The notes under the pieces: model-generated | What the model was told of the DNA's origin: nothing | Databases searched by the model: none | Seen by the model: the letters and a program-made list of their open reading frames with translations, nothing else | Program-made: the position numbers and the translations under genes | In this document: in pieces, positions 27,114 to 35,923 of the stretch | How positions within the stretch are numbered: position 1 is the first letter of the stretch | How the letters are laid out: the number at the start of each line of letters is the position of its first letter | Origin: Blastocatellia bacterium | Lineage (GTDB): Bacteria > Acidobacteriota > Blastocatellia > UBA7656 | Direction: 5' to 3' | DNA: 64,000 bases | Assembly: GCA_036277095.1 (NCBI GenBank) | Contig: DASUNP010000004.1 | Location: forward strand, 115,300-179,299

Positions 27114-28193
27114 ATGCGAAGAGCAAGCGCTATCTTACTAATAATCATCTTCGGTTGCACGGGATTTGCGACCGCAGGGCTTGGCAATAATGTAGAGACG
27201 ATTGAGTCCATTCAGCCTCACGTCCTTCACTTAAAACTCAAGGCGGATGACCTGAGAACCATCGCTGACAAGCAGGTAGTTACACATCCGCTCTCTTCGA
27301 AGAACCCGAAAGTCCTGGCGGGGTTCGGCGTTGCCCTTGCGGACGCGACACCGGGAGCATTTGTTGAATCATATAAATCGCTCGATCAGCTTCACAAGAG
27401 CCCTTACGTCATCGAAGCCGGGAAATTCAGCGCAACGCCTAGCCTTGCAGACTTTGCTCGTCTCACGTTTGATGATAAAGAGCTCTATGCGCTATTCAAG
27501 GCGAAGCCAGGAAATTCAAACATAAAACTCTCGGACGAGGAGATCACAAGGATTCGCGCCGCGATCGGACAGGCCGCCCGTTTCACGCCTCAAGTCAAAA
27601 CGCAATTGGCGAGCGAATATAAAAAGCTCCTTGTCGAGCGCGTCAAAGCTTACAGCGCGGGTCGTCCAGCGCTGGGCGTCTTTGCGGACAAGGATAAGCC
27701 TGTAGATGCACAAGAGGCATTCGACTCGCTCGCAGACGAACAGAAAGCAGGGGCCGGGCATTGCTCGCACCTCTACTCGCATCTGGAGAGCTACCCCGCC
27801 GGAGCCACTGCCGAGTCGGAGTCATTCATTTACTGGGCGAAGCAGAGGTTTGGAGATGCCAAGCCGGTTCTTAGCCTCGTCCACGTTCTGATTCACAACG
27901 AAGGCGAGAGAGTATTCATAGCCTCAAAGCAGATCTATTCCAACCATTACACTGAGGCCGCGTTGTCCGTAGCAGAATTGATTCATTTCAAAGACTCGGT
28001 TGGGCACTCGCGCACCGTGATCGCTTACACGATTCGCCTCCAGGCAGACATGCTCGGCGGCACGCTGGGATTCATGAAGAAGCGGATGGCCCAGCCTAAA
28101 CTGCTCGGCACGCTCAAACAGAGCATCAACGGATTGCGGACGAATATGGAAGCTCTGAGCCGCGATTCGAATGCTACGCGAGCGGGATTCTAA
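27114..28193 (+). CDS. secreted hypothetical protein (359 aa) with N-terminal signal peptide
   Basis: MRRASAILLIIIFGCTGFATAG is a signal peptide, possibly a lipoprotein (Cys15). No recognisable domain. Downstream of a sigma-54 consensus promoter. Confidence 0.6.
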   Translation: MRRASAILLIIIFGCTGFATAGLGNNVETIESIQPHVLHLKLKADDLRTIADKQVVTHPLSSKNPKVLAGFGVALADATPGAFVESYKSLDQLHKSPYVIEAGKFSATPSLADFARLTFDDKELYALFKAKPGNSNIKLSDEEITRIRAAIGQAARFTPQVKTQLASEYKKLLVERVKAYSAGRPALGVFADKDKPVDAQEAFDSLADEQKAGAGHCSHLYSHLESYPAGATAESESFIYWAKQRFGDAKPVLSLVHVLIHNEGERVFIASKQIYSNHYTEAALSVAELIHFKDSVGHSRTVIAYTIRLQADMLGGTLGFMKKRMAQPKLLGTLKQSINGLRTNMEALSRDSNATRAGF

Positions 28194-28552
28194 GTCGCGG
28201 GCTGATTCTTGTGCGACTGAATCGCCTGGCGAAGCGACGATGAGGTGATTGCAAAGTGCGAGGCGTTCCAGATCTGACGGCCATCGCGGACAAGTATCGC
28301 TTGAGGGGTTTCGTGGCGAACGCCTAACCGCGAGGCGATTTCATTAGAGATGGGGCGCGCGCTCTGGACCGTTATCAGGTTGTAACTGACCTCGGGGTCG
28401 GCCTTTTCCAGATAGGAGATCAACTCGTTATAAGCGCGCAGGCTGATTGGGCAAGTCAGGCTGTGTTTGAACAGAAGCACAGGCCTCCGGCTCGAATCGG
28501 CAAGCGCCTTCTCTAGCTCTTTTATTTGCCTGATTTCCCTGATCGTTTTCAT
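28190..28552 (-). CDS. YtxJ-family thioredoxin-like protein (bacillithiol-system redox protein family, DUF2847)
   Basis: Diagnostic single-Cys motif LFKHSLTCPIS (TCPIS). Length 120 aa. Confidence 0.7.
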   Translation of the reverse strand: MKTIREIRQIKELEKALADSSRRPVLLFKHSLTCPISLRAYNELISYLEKADPEVSYNLITVQSARPISNEIASRLGVRHETPQAILVRDGRQIWNASHFAITSSSLRQAIQSHKNQPAT

Positions 28553-28793
28553 CGGTCAAATTCCCCCTGCTTCAATACTATTTACAGCGTGAGTCGTCGG
28601 TTTGCAAGCCGTCGGCTAAGAGGGGCTTAAATCCAGGCACAAAAAACTTTTCTGGCGGGCCACGCGCGGAGCCTGAGAAACATCGCAATCCAGGGGAAAA
28701 AGCTGGACGGGGTCGAAAAGAGTCGCCGGCCCGCGCCGCTTGCACACCTTACCGGGCGCGGGATGCCTGGATTTCAGTAAACGGAGTATAAGC

Positions 28794-30536
28794 ATGTGCC
28801 CTAAAGCCATACGCCAGACGCTTGCCGCAACCCTGATCGCGTTAGCTTTGATATCGATGCTGCCCGCGGATTTTGCTTCCGCGGCGCAAAGCTCTGCCCA
28901 GGCTAACCGGCCAAAGCGGGGCAAAAACGGGCAAATAGTGACCGGAAGCGGCTCGCAAAGCGCGCCTGCTCGGAAGACGACGAGCCCGACCGTCGAGCTA
29001 CCGAGGCAGGAGAGCGAACCCGTCGCGGAGGGCGAAGATCTTCCGCCTGCGGCTCAGACCCAGACTCGGACAAAGGCCCCGCCGCCGGTTTCTAGTTCTT
29101 CGCAAAGGACAATGGACAACACGGCGCAGCGCCCGCAGCCGACACAGCAACGCCGCGAGCCGCCACCGTTCGACCGCCCGCCGCTAGACGCAGGGCAGCA
29201 GTCTCAACAGACGTCGCAGCCCCGCGTAACTCAACCCCCTGCGAGCCCTCAAACCGCCGATTCGTCTACGCCTACATATCGGTCGTCGCAAGGCGGGAGG
29301 CCGCGAGTCGAGCAGAGACGGGATGCAGACCCCGCGCCGTCTAATAACGACAGAGGGCGCGCCACCCCGCCGGACCTGGGCGGTTATGATCAACAGAATC
29401 GCAGGGAGAAGGATAAACCCGTGCTTCGCCGCCGGTCGGACCCTCCCGCACGCGCTGAACAGGAGACAGACGATCCGGGTCCAATCGCCTCGTCGAAGTC
29501 CGAATCTACGCCGCCCGTTGATGAAAGCGACGAGGTCAGGCTCGACGCGACGCTCGTCAATATCCCTATACTCGTCAGCGACCGCTCCGGGCGCTACATC
29601 CCGCAACTGTCTCAGAACGATTTTCTGCTTTACGAAGACGGGACCCAGCAGGAGATAGCTTTTTTCGGCGATGAGCAAGTGCCTTTCAACGTCGCCCTTG
29701 TGCTTGACGTCAGCCCGAGCGTCCAGGGGAGCCTTGAAGAGATTCAACGCGCGGCGCTCGAATTCGTGCGCCAGCTTCGCGGCGGCGACCGCGTGATGAT
29801 CGTCTCCTTTGATAAGGACATACATTATCACACGGACTTTACTAGTAACCGGCGCGAGCTTGAATCAGCAATACGCAATACCGAGACCGGGTCCGGGACA
29901 AGCGTGTATGACGCCGTCTATGAAGTCGTCAGCCGTAAGCTTAGCGCAATCGAAGGTCGCAAGGCTTTGATATTGCTTTCCGACGGCGAAGACACGACGA
30001 GCAGCCACGCGAGCTATGACGAGGCTGTCAACGTAGTGACAGAGTCGGACGTGCTGGTTTACGGGCTTCGATACGATAGCGGTGGAGGAGGGAATATAAG
30101 AATAGACCCCTGGCCTCGAAACCGCATCCCGGATCTCCCGATACCGCTGCCCTGGCCCTGGCCCTTCCCGCGCAGGCGCAGAGGCGGAACCTTTGCAGAC
30201 CCGAACTCGATGCTGATGAACGCCGCCCCGACTGTTACAGCAGCGGCGCAGGGACGCGGGCGACGTGGCCGCCAGGGCGATTTCATGGAAGACCTGGCTA
30301 CTGCTGGCGGCGGCCCCGTTTATGACGCGGACAACATCAGCGATTTGAGCCGGCTCGCAGCGCGCGTAGCCGAAGAGTTGCGTCATGTTTATCAAATAAG
30401 CTACTACCCTACGAATGCGCTTACAAACGGTGGGTATCGCTCAATAAGAGTCCGTGTGCGAGGGCGTGACGACATAGCCGTTCGTCACCGTCGAGGCTAC
30501 AACGCTCGCGACGTTGCCACGCGACCTTCGACTTGA
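28794..30536 (+). CDS. secreted protein with C-terminal VWA-like module (tentatively the 'VWFA-related Acidobacterial domain' family)
   Basis: Signal peptide MCPKAIRQTLAATLIALALISMLPADFASA. A disordered region of about 250 aa rich in Pro/Gln/Ser/Arg follows. The C-terminal VWA-like module reads LVNIPILVSDRSGRYIPQLSQNDFLLYEDGTQQEIAFF ... VALVLDVSPS ... ILLSDGEDT ... YYPTN...GGYRSIRVRV. The track ORF starts at 28740; the ATG at 28794 gives the signal peptide. Confidence 0.75.
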   Translation: MCPKAIRQTLAATLIALALISMLPADFASAAQSSAQANRPKRGKNGQIVTGSGSQSAPARKTTSPTVELPRQESEPVAEGEDLPPAAQTQTRTKAPPPVSSSSQRTMDNTAQRPQPTQQRREPPPFDRPPLDAGQQSQQTSQPRVTQPPASPQTADSSTPTYRSSQGGRPRVEQRRDADPAPSNNDRGRATPPDLGGYDQQNRREKDKPVLRRRSDPPARAEQETDDPGPIASSKSESTPPVDESDEVRLDATLVNIPILVSDRSGRYIPQLSQNDFLLYEDGTQQEIAFFGDEQVPFNVALVLDVSPSVQGSLEEIQRAALEFVRQLRGGDRVMIVSFDKDIHYHTDFTSNRRELESAIRNTETGSGTSVYDAVYEVVSRKLSAIEGRKALILLSDGEDTTSSHASYDEAVNVVTESDVLVYGLRYDSGGGGNIRIDPWPRNRIPDLPIPLPWPWPFPRRRRGGTFADPNSMLMNAAPTVTAAAQGRGRRGRQGDFMEDLATAGGGPVYDADNISDLSRLAARVAEELRHVYQISYYPTNALTNGGYRSIRVRVRGRDDIAVRHRRGYNARDVATRPST

Positions 30537-30566
30537 TCGTCCACCAATCCGAGAAAGAATCTTCAA

Positions 30567-30592
30567 AGGTCAGCCGCGAGCTGGCCTTTTTT
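30567..30592 (+). terminator. intrinsic terminator after the first VWA gene
   Basis: AGGUCAGC-cgcga-GCUGGCCU (8-bp stem with one G-U pair), followed by UUUUUU at 30587-30592. Confidence 0.6.
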
Positions 30593-30777
30593 GTCTTATC
30601 TGCCTGTAACCCGTTGATTTCTAAGAGATTACCTGAATGGGTTATATGGTTTTTGTTTGACTCTAATTTCGGCCTGGGCCAGAATGCAACTATCCGCCAT
30701 TCGTTGTCGCCCACAGGCCCAAGGGGCTTTGCAGGCGATGAGATTGTCTTTTCCGGTTTGAATCAGCGGAGGCTAGC

Positions 30778-32970
30778 ATGAAGAACCGAGTCCCCCGACG
30801 CCCGAACTTGATCGTTGCATTGATAATTACACTTGCATTGATGGCCTTAGACCTGACACCCGTCGTAAACGCGCAGGCCGCAGCTTCGCGGGTCGAGACC
30901 TTTAGTCTCGCTCCTGACGGCCAGGTGAGAGTCGAGAACTTGAGAGGCGCAACGAGCATTGAAGTCTGGAACGAAGACAGCGTACGAGTTGTTGCCGAGC
31001 GGAAGACCCCGCCTTCGCTTGCGCTTGAGCCTGCCGACGTGGTTCTGATGAGCGCGCAGAACACTGTCATCATCGAGTGCAGGCAATCGGGTAAACCTGG
31101 TCGAATCGACCTGACGGTTTATCTGCCTGCGTACGCACACATTCAATTAACGGGCGGCACCTGGCCCGTAGAAGTCAACGGGCCACTGGCGAGCGCCGTC
31201 GTCGAAACGACAGGCGGCAGCATTTCTTATCTATTGCCAAAGAGCGATGACGCGCATGTCGTGATGCGGTCGGCGCGCGGCGTCGTAAAATCTACTGTTG
31301 AGCTTGCCGAGATGGAGCGTGTCGGCACGAACAGTCTGCAAGGCAAGCTCGGTGCGGGCACCTCGCCGATCATGCTCAATAGTCGAACCGGCAACATCAC
31401 TCTTTCTCCCGGCGCAAGCTTTTCAACTATCGCTAAAGCTTCATACGGGCGACCCGCTGCGAGCACGCAGGGCGATCAACAGAGCAGGCAATCGCCTGAC
31501 CGGGAGGATCAAGGCTACCGAGGCGACTATTCGCGGCAGTATCCATCCGCGCAGCCTTCACGTGACCCCGATCTGATTATTCCCGGATCACCTAAGCCGG
31601 GGTATGGCGCCTCTCGCGGGCCAGTCTCTTCGGGCGGTCAGAGGTCGAGCGGCGATTGGACTGACCTCGCCGGGCAGCAGAGGGAGGACGACAACAGCAG
31701 CACAAACAAAGGCGGACCGATCTTGCGCCCGAGGGAAGAGAAGATCAATAGCAACAACGGAGCAGGGTTCAGGGTCAGAATAATCCCGGCGGATTCCACG
31801 TCCTCGGGAGCGAGGCGACCCAGCAATCCCATCTATGACGATCCAGTTGAAGAGCAATCACGCAAGCCACAACAGGGCGGCAATCGCTCGTCCGGCACAT
31901 GGTCCGATCAGGCTACATACGATCCTCAAACCGGCTGGTCTGACGCCAAAAAGCCTGCTCGCGTTGAGCTCGCTGAAGAATCTGCAGTCGATAGCTCCAG
32001 CTCAAGCAGACGCGGCGACCCGCCGCCTTCGCTCAGGCGAAGCCCGAGCGGAGAACCCACCCCTGAGGCGTCGCAGCCTGCGGCTTCCAGGCCGGAAGAC
32101 GACGAGATCGTTCTCAACTCTGCTGTGGTCAACCTGAATGTCAGCGTCACCGATAGGTCTGGGCTGGCGCTGGCAAACTTGAAGAAAGAGGATTTCGAAG
32201 TCTATGAGAACAACGAGCGACAAGCCGTTGAATTCTTTGCACCCAGCACAACCCCTTTTAACCTTGTGTTGCTGCTTGACCTGTCCGGTTCGATAAAGGA
32301 CAAGCTCGACGTAGTCAAGGCGGCTGCTTTGCGATTCATAGACGTGATCGGGCCGCAGGACAAGGTCGCCGTCCTCACTTTTACGCACGAGGTGAGGGTC
32401 GTGTCGCAATTGACTGCGAACCGCGACATCCTCCGCAAGCGAATTAAAGAGATCGAAAAGCCCGAAGGCGGCACCGCGTTTTATGATGCGATGTGGTGGG
32501 CGATGCTCGACACGCTGCGAGGCACTGCGGGGCAGCGAAACGCGATAGTCGTGATGACGGATGGCGTGGACAGCTCGCTCGACCGCTACAACCCGGCGGA
32601 GACTCGCGTGACGTTTAATCAACTCGCGCGCAAGCTCGAAGAGTCGGACGTGATAGTCTTCCCGATCTACCTTGATACCGAGTACGAAGAGGTTTTTGTG
32701 CGCGGGAACGGATCGTCCGAGAGTTACGCCATGGCGCGGACGCAGCTTGAGAAGATAGCCGAGCTTTCGGGCGGCCAGCATTTCAAGGCCGAGCAGGCGA
32801 AGGATCTGTCGGGAGTATACAAGCAAGTTGCCGCCGCATTGCGCACGCTTTACAGCGTCGGTTATTACCCGACTAATTCCGAGCGCGATGGCACATACAG
32901 GCGCGTGCGCGTGGGCGTAACACGGCCCAATGCCGCCGTCCGGTCAAGAAAGGGGTATTACGCCAAGTAA
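30778..32970 (+). CDS. secreted protein: N-terminal beta-rich adhesin-like (DUF4097-like) domain, disordered linker, C-terminal VWA-like module (paralog of 28794-30536)
   Basis: Signal peptide. Repetitive beta-strand region (VRVENLRGATSIEVWNEDSVRVVAERK ... IDLTVYLPAYAHIQLTGGTWPVEVNG). The C-terminal module aligns with the upstream paralog: LNSAVVNLNVSVTDRSGLALANLKKEDFEVYENNERQAVEFF ... LVLLLDLSGS ... VVMTDGVDS ... YYPTNSERDGTYRRVRVGV. Confidence 0.75.
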   Translation: MKNRVPRRPNLIVALIITLALMALDLTPVVNAQAAASRVETFSLAPDGQVRVENLRGATSIEVWNEDSVRVVAERKTPPSLALEPADVVLMSAQNTVIIECRQSGKPGRIDLTVYLPAYAHIQLTGGTWPVEVNGPLASAVVETTGGSISYLLPKSDDAHVVMRSARGVVKSTVELAEMERVGTNSLQGKLGAGTSPIMLNSRTGNITLSPGASFSTIAKASYGRPAASTQGDQQSRQSPDREDQGYRGDYSRQYPSAQPSRDPDLIIPGSPKPGYGASRGPVSSGGQRSSGDWTDLAGQQREDDNSSTNKGGPILRPREEKINSNNGAGFRVRIIPADSTSSGARRPSNPIYDDPVEEQSRKPQQGGNRSSGTWSDQATYDPQTGWSDAKKPARVELAEESAVDSSSSSRRGDPPPSLRRSPSGEPTPEASQPAASRPEDDEIVLNSAVVNLNVSVTDRSGLALANLKKEDFEVYENNERQAVEFFAPSTTPFNLVLLLDLSGSIKDKLDVVKAAALRFIDVIGPQDKVAVLTFTHEVRVVSQLTANRDILRKRIKEIEKPEGGTAFYDAMWWAMLDTLRGTAGQRNAIVVMTDGVDSSLDRYNPAETRVTFNQLARKLEESDVIVFPIYLDTEYEEVFVRGNGSSESYAMARTQLEKIAELSGGQHFKAEQAKDLSGVYKQVAAALRTLYSVGYYPTNSERDGTYRRVRVGVTRPNAAVRSRKGYYAK

Positions 32971-32993
32971 GGCTGATTTATGAGAACTGGATT

Positions 32994-33083
32994 CACCGCA
33001 GAGACGCAGAGAACACAGAGTTCACGCAGAGCAGAATTATGTTCTCTCTGCGCCCGCTCTGTGTTCTCTGCGTCTCTGCGGTG
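32994..33083. repeat. 27-bp perfect inverted repeat (CGCAGAGA-type tandem units) flanking a 36-nt loop that itself carries a nested imperfect inverted repeat
   Basis: caccgcagagacgcagagaacacagag (32994-33020) ... ctctgtgttctctgcgtctctgcggtg (33057-83). The arms are exact reverse complements. The inner loop holds cgcagagcagaa/ttctctctgcg. It lies between the VWA paralog stop and the ABC exporter start. Confidence 0.75.
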
Positions 33084-33213
33084 AAGAATGACTTTTCCTT
33101 CCCGATACTTCTCCTTGCCCTCTACTGAATCGTCCTGCCTTCGCCTTGACGGTTGACCTCTCAAGCGTATAATCAATCGTTTAATCAGGGCTCGCCCCCG
33201 CAGACATGAATCA

Positions 33214-35037
33214 ATGAAGGACTTCCGCATACTGCTCCGACATGTCAGACCCTACGCAGGGCTATTTGCGCTCGCCTTTCTGCTGATGACGTTTGTCGGA
33301 TTATTCGAAGCAGGTCGCACTGCTTTGCTGAAATCGATCATCGATGAGCTGCCCACAGGGCCACAGGCCCCTACTACGGGTCTGGCTTCTTACATAGATT
33401 TGCGCAACTACTTGCCCGGGGTGGCAAATATCTTGCCGCTGGTCGCAGCGCTGCTAATTATCTTTACTCTCATCCGAGGGGCCTCTGAGTATCTATCAAA
33501 CCTGCTGATGTGGCGCATAGGCGTGGCGGCGGTTGTCGACCTGCGACAGCGCCTCTACGACCACATTCTCAAGCAGTCGAGCGAGTTCTTCACCGATCAT
33601 CCGACAAACACGCTTACTACGCACATCCTTAGCGATGCGGAAAAAGTGCAGGTTTCAGTCTCAACACTGCTCGCCGACTTGCTCAGGGAGAGCCTGACAT
33701 TCCTCGCGCTTTTCGCGCTTGTCTTCATGCTCAACTGGAAGTTGACCCTGGCGATCCTGATTGTCGGCCCTTTCATCTACCTCGTCACGGTGAAATTCGG
33801 CAGGCGACTCAGGCGGCTCGCGCGTTCGACGCAGGAAAATACCGAAGAGGTCCTCGACATTGCGCAGGAGACGATCTCAGGCTATCGAATCGTGACTGCG
33901 TTTGGGATGGAAAAATTCGAGCAGCGCCGGTTCCGCAACGCGCTTTTGCGGCTCGCGCACACGCAGGTTCGAGCGGCCCGCGTAGTCTACCTATCGTCGC
34001 CGATCCTGGAGTTGGTCGGCGTCATACTCGCTGCCGGCTTTTTGATCTACGCAGAGCGCTTGATCGGTTCGGGCGCTATGACGTTAGGCGATTTCATGGC
34101 CTACATCGTGGCGATGCTCCAGATGTATGACCCGCTGAGAAAGATCTCCCGAATCCAGAATTATCTTCAGCAATCATTCGCGGCAATAACGCGCATCTAC
34201 TCGCTGCTCGACAAGCACACCGAAAAACAAGACCGCGCAGACGCAGTCGAGCTTGCCCCACTAAAGGATAGGCTTGAGATGCGCGGCGTCTCTTTCAAAT
34301 ACCAGGACTCAAACGACTGGGTGCTCAAGGATGTCGAACTCACGGTGCGCAGGGGCGAAGTCGTCGCGCTCGTCGGTCTTTCGGGCGCGGGCAAATCTAC
34401 GCTGACAAATATCCTGATGCGCTTTTACGATCCGACTCTTGGACAACTGGTCGTAGACGGCATCGACGCGCGCGACGTGACGCTTGCGAGCCTGCGAGCG
34501 CAGATCGCGCTCGTCACTCAGGAAGTGATTCTGTTCAACGACACGATCATAAACAACATAGCCTACGGCAGGCCCGACTTTGATCGGGGTAAGATTGAAG
34601 CGGCTGCTCGCGCAGCCTACGCGCACGATTTTATAATAGAACGTGGCGGGTACGACGTGGTGATAGGAGAGCGCGGCGTTAAGCTATCGGGCGGCGAGCG
34701 ACAGCGGTTAGCAATCGCGCGAGCGTTGCTCAAGGACGCGCCGATCCTGATTCTCGACGAAGCTACTTCTGCGCTCGACACTCAATCCGAGCGGCTGGTC
34801 CAGCGAGCGCTTGCGAACCTCATGAAGGGCCGCACGACCATAGTCATCGCGCACCGCCTGACTACGATTCACAGCGCAGACAAGATAGTCGTTTTAGATC
34901 GCGGGCGCGTGATTGACCAGGGAAGTCATAAGGAGTTGATGTCGCGTGGGGGCATATACCGCGATCTGTACGAGCTTCAATTCTCAGATCAGATCATCGA
35001 CGTAGACGAAGTGGCAGTGGCAGAAGAAAAACAGTGA
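33214..35037 (+). CDS. ABC transporter ATP-binding/permease protein (MsbA-like exporter)
   Basis: Six-TM N-terminal domain. Walker A GLSGAGKST, ABC signature LSGGERQRLAIARAL, Walker B ILILDEATSALD, H-loop IAHRL. Confidence 0.9.
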   Translation: MKDFRILLRHVRPYAGLFALAFLLMTFVGLFEAGRTALLKSIIDELPTGPQAPTTGLASYIDLRNYLPGVANILPLVAALLIIFTLIRGASEYLSNLLMWRIGVAAVVDLRQRLYDHILKQSSEFFTDHPTNTLTTHILSDAEKVQVSVSTLLADLLRESLTFLALFALVFMLNWKLTLAILIVGPFIYLVTVKFGRRLRRLARSTQENTEEVLDIAQETISGYRIVTAFGMEKFEQRRFRNALLRLAHTQVRAARVVYLSSPILELVGVILAAGFLIYAERLIGSGAMTLGDFMAYIVAMLQMYDPLRKISRIQNYLQQSFAAITRIYSLLDKHTEKQDRADAVELAPLKDRLEMRGVSFKYQDSNDWVLKDVELTVRRGEVVALVGLSGAGKSTLTNILMRFYDPTLGQLVVDGIDARDVTLASLRAQIALVTQEVILFNDTIINNIAYGRPDFDRGKIEAAARAAYAHDFIIERGGYDVVIGERGVKLSGGERQRLAIARALLKDAPILILDEATSALDTQSERLVQRALANLMKGRTTIVIAHRLTTIHSADKIVVLDRGRVIDQGSHKELMSRGGIYRDLYELQFSDQIIDVDEVAVAEEKQ

Positions 35038-35047
35038 GTAGAACATA

Positions 35048-35923
35048 ATGATAAAGAGCATGACAGGGTTCGGGCAGGGGAGCGCGGACGGCGAGAGCTT
35101 CAAAGTGCGCGTAGACATACGCTCCGTGAACAATCGCTTTCTGGACGTGCACACGCGGTTGCCGCAGGAGCTTTCCAGCCTCGAAGTGACTCTGAAAAAG
35201 CAGGTGCAGGCCGGGCTCAAGCGCGGTCGCATAGACGTAACGGTCGTAATCGAGCAGACCAGACAGGCGACGTTCGAAATTAACCGCCCGCTCGTCTCCG
35301 GGTACCTCAAAGCTCTGAGCGAGCTGAAATCGGAGTTCGAGCTTCAGGGCGATCCGTCGCTTGAGCTGGTTGCAAAGCTGCCCGGCGCAATCCAGGTGTC
35401 GCAAGACTCCGGGAAGCTCGATGAGGTGTTTGTCGCTGGGGTGATCGCCGCAGTATCGCAGGCGATAGTTACGCTTACGGAGATGCGCGTCACGGAAGGG
35501 CAGGGGCTGGCCGGGGAGCTCAAGCAGAGGCTCGACAACATCGAAAACCGGCTGCCCATAATCGAGAGCGAGGCCGCAAGGCTGCCGGGCGTCTACCGCG
35601 AGAAGCTCCAGAAGCGGCTCCAGGATCTTGTCGAGGGCGGGCAGATCGATGAGACGCGGCTCGCGCAGGAGGCCGTGATGCTGGCCGACCGCAGCGACAT
35701 TAGTGAAGAGATCACAAGGCTCAAGAGCCACATATCGCAGATGCGCGACCAGCTTCACGGGGAGGACGAGGTCGGCAAGCGGTTGGATTTTATACTGCAA
35801 GAGATGAATCGTGAGGCGAACACGATACTCTCGAAATCGAGCGACCTGTCGATAAGCGATGCCGCCATCGTTATCAAGACCGAAGTGGAGAAGTTGAGAG
35901 AGCAGGTTCAGAATGTCGAATGA
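35048..35923 (+). CDS. yicC: YicC/YloC family stress-induced protein (endoribonuclease YicC)
   Basis: MIKSMTGFGQG...RSVNNRFLD is the conserved YicC N-terminus. C-terminal DUF1732 region (NREANTILSKS). Confidence 0.85.
   Translation: MIKSMTGFGQGSADGESFKVRVDIRSVNNRFLDVHTRLPQELSSLEVTLKKQVQAGLKRGRIDVTVVIEQTRQATFEINRPLVSGYLKALSELKSEFELQGDPSLELVAKLPGAIQVSQDSGKLDEVFVAGVIAAVSQAIVTLTEMRVTEGQGLAGELKQRLDNIENRLPIIESEAARLPGVYREKLQKRLQDLVEGGQIDETRLAQEAVMLADRSDISEEITRLKSHISQMRDQLHGEDEVGKRLDFILQEMNREANTILSKSSDLSISDAAIVIKTEVEKLREQVQNVE

Noticed and set aside
30700-30725. Possible sigma-54 site upstream of the second VWA gene (tGGgccagaatGCa)
   Set aside because: The GG to GC spacing is 8 nt instead of the required 10. 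A sigma-70-like TTGACT-N17-CAGAAT just upstream is the more plausible promoter.
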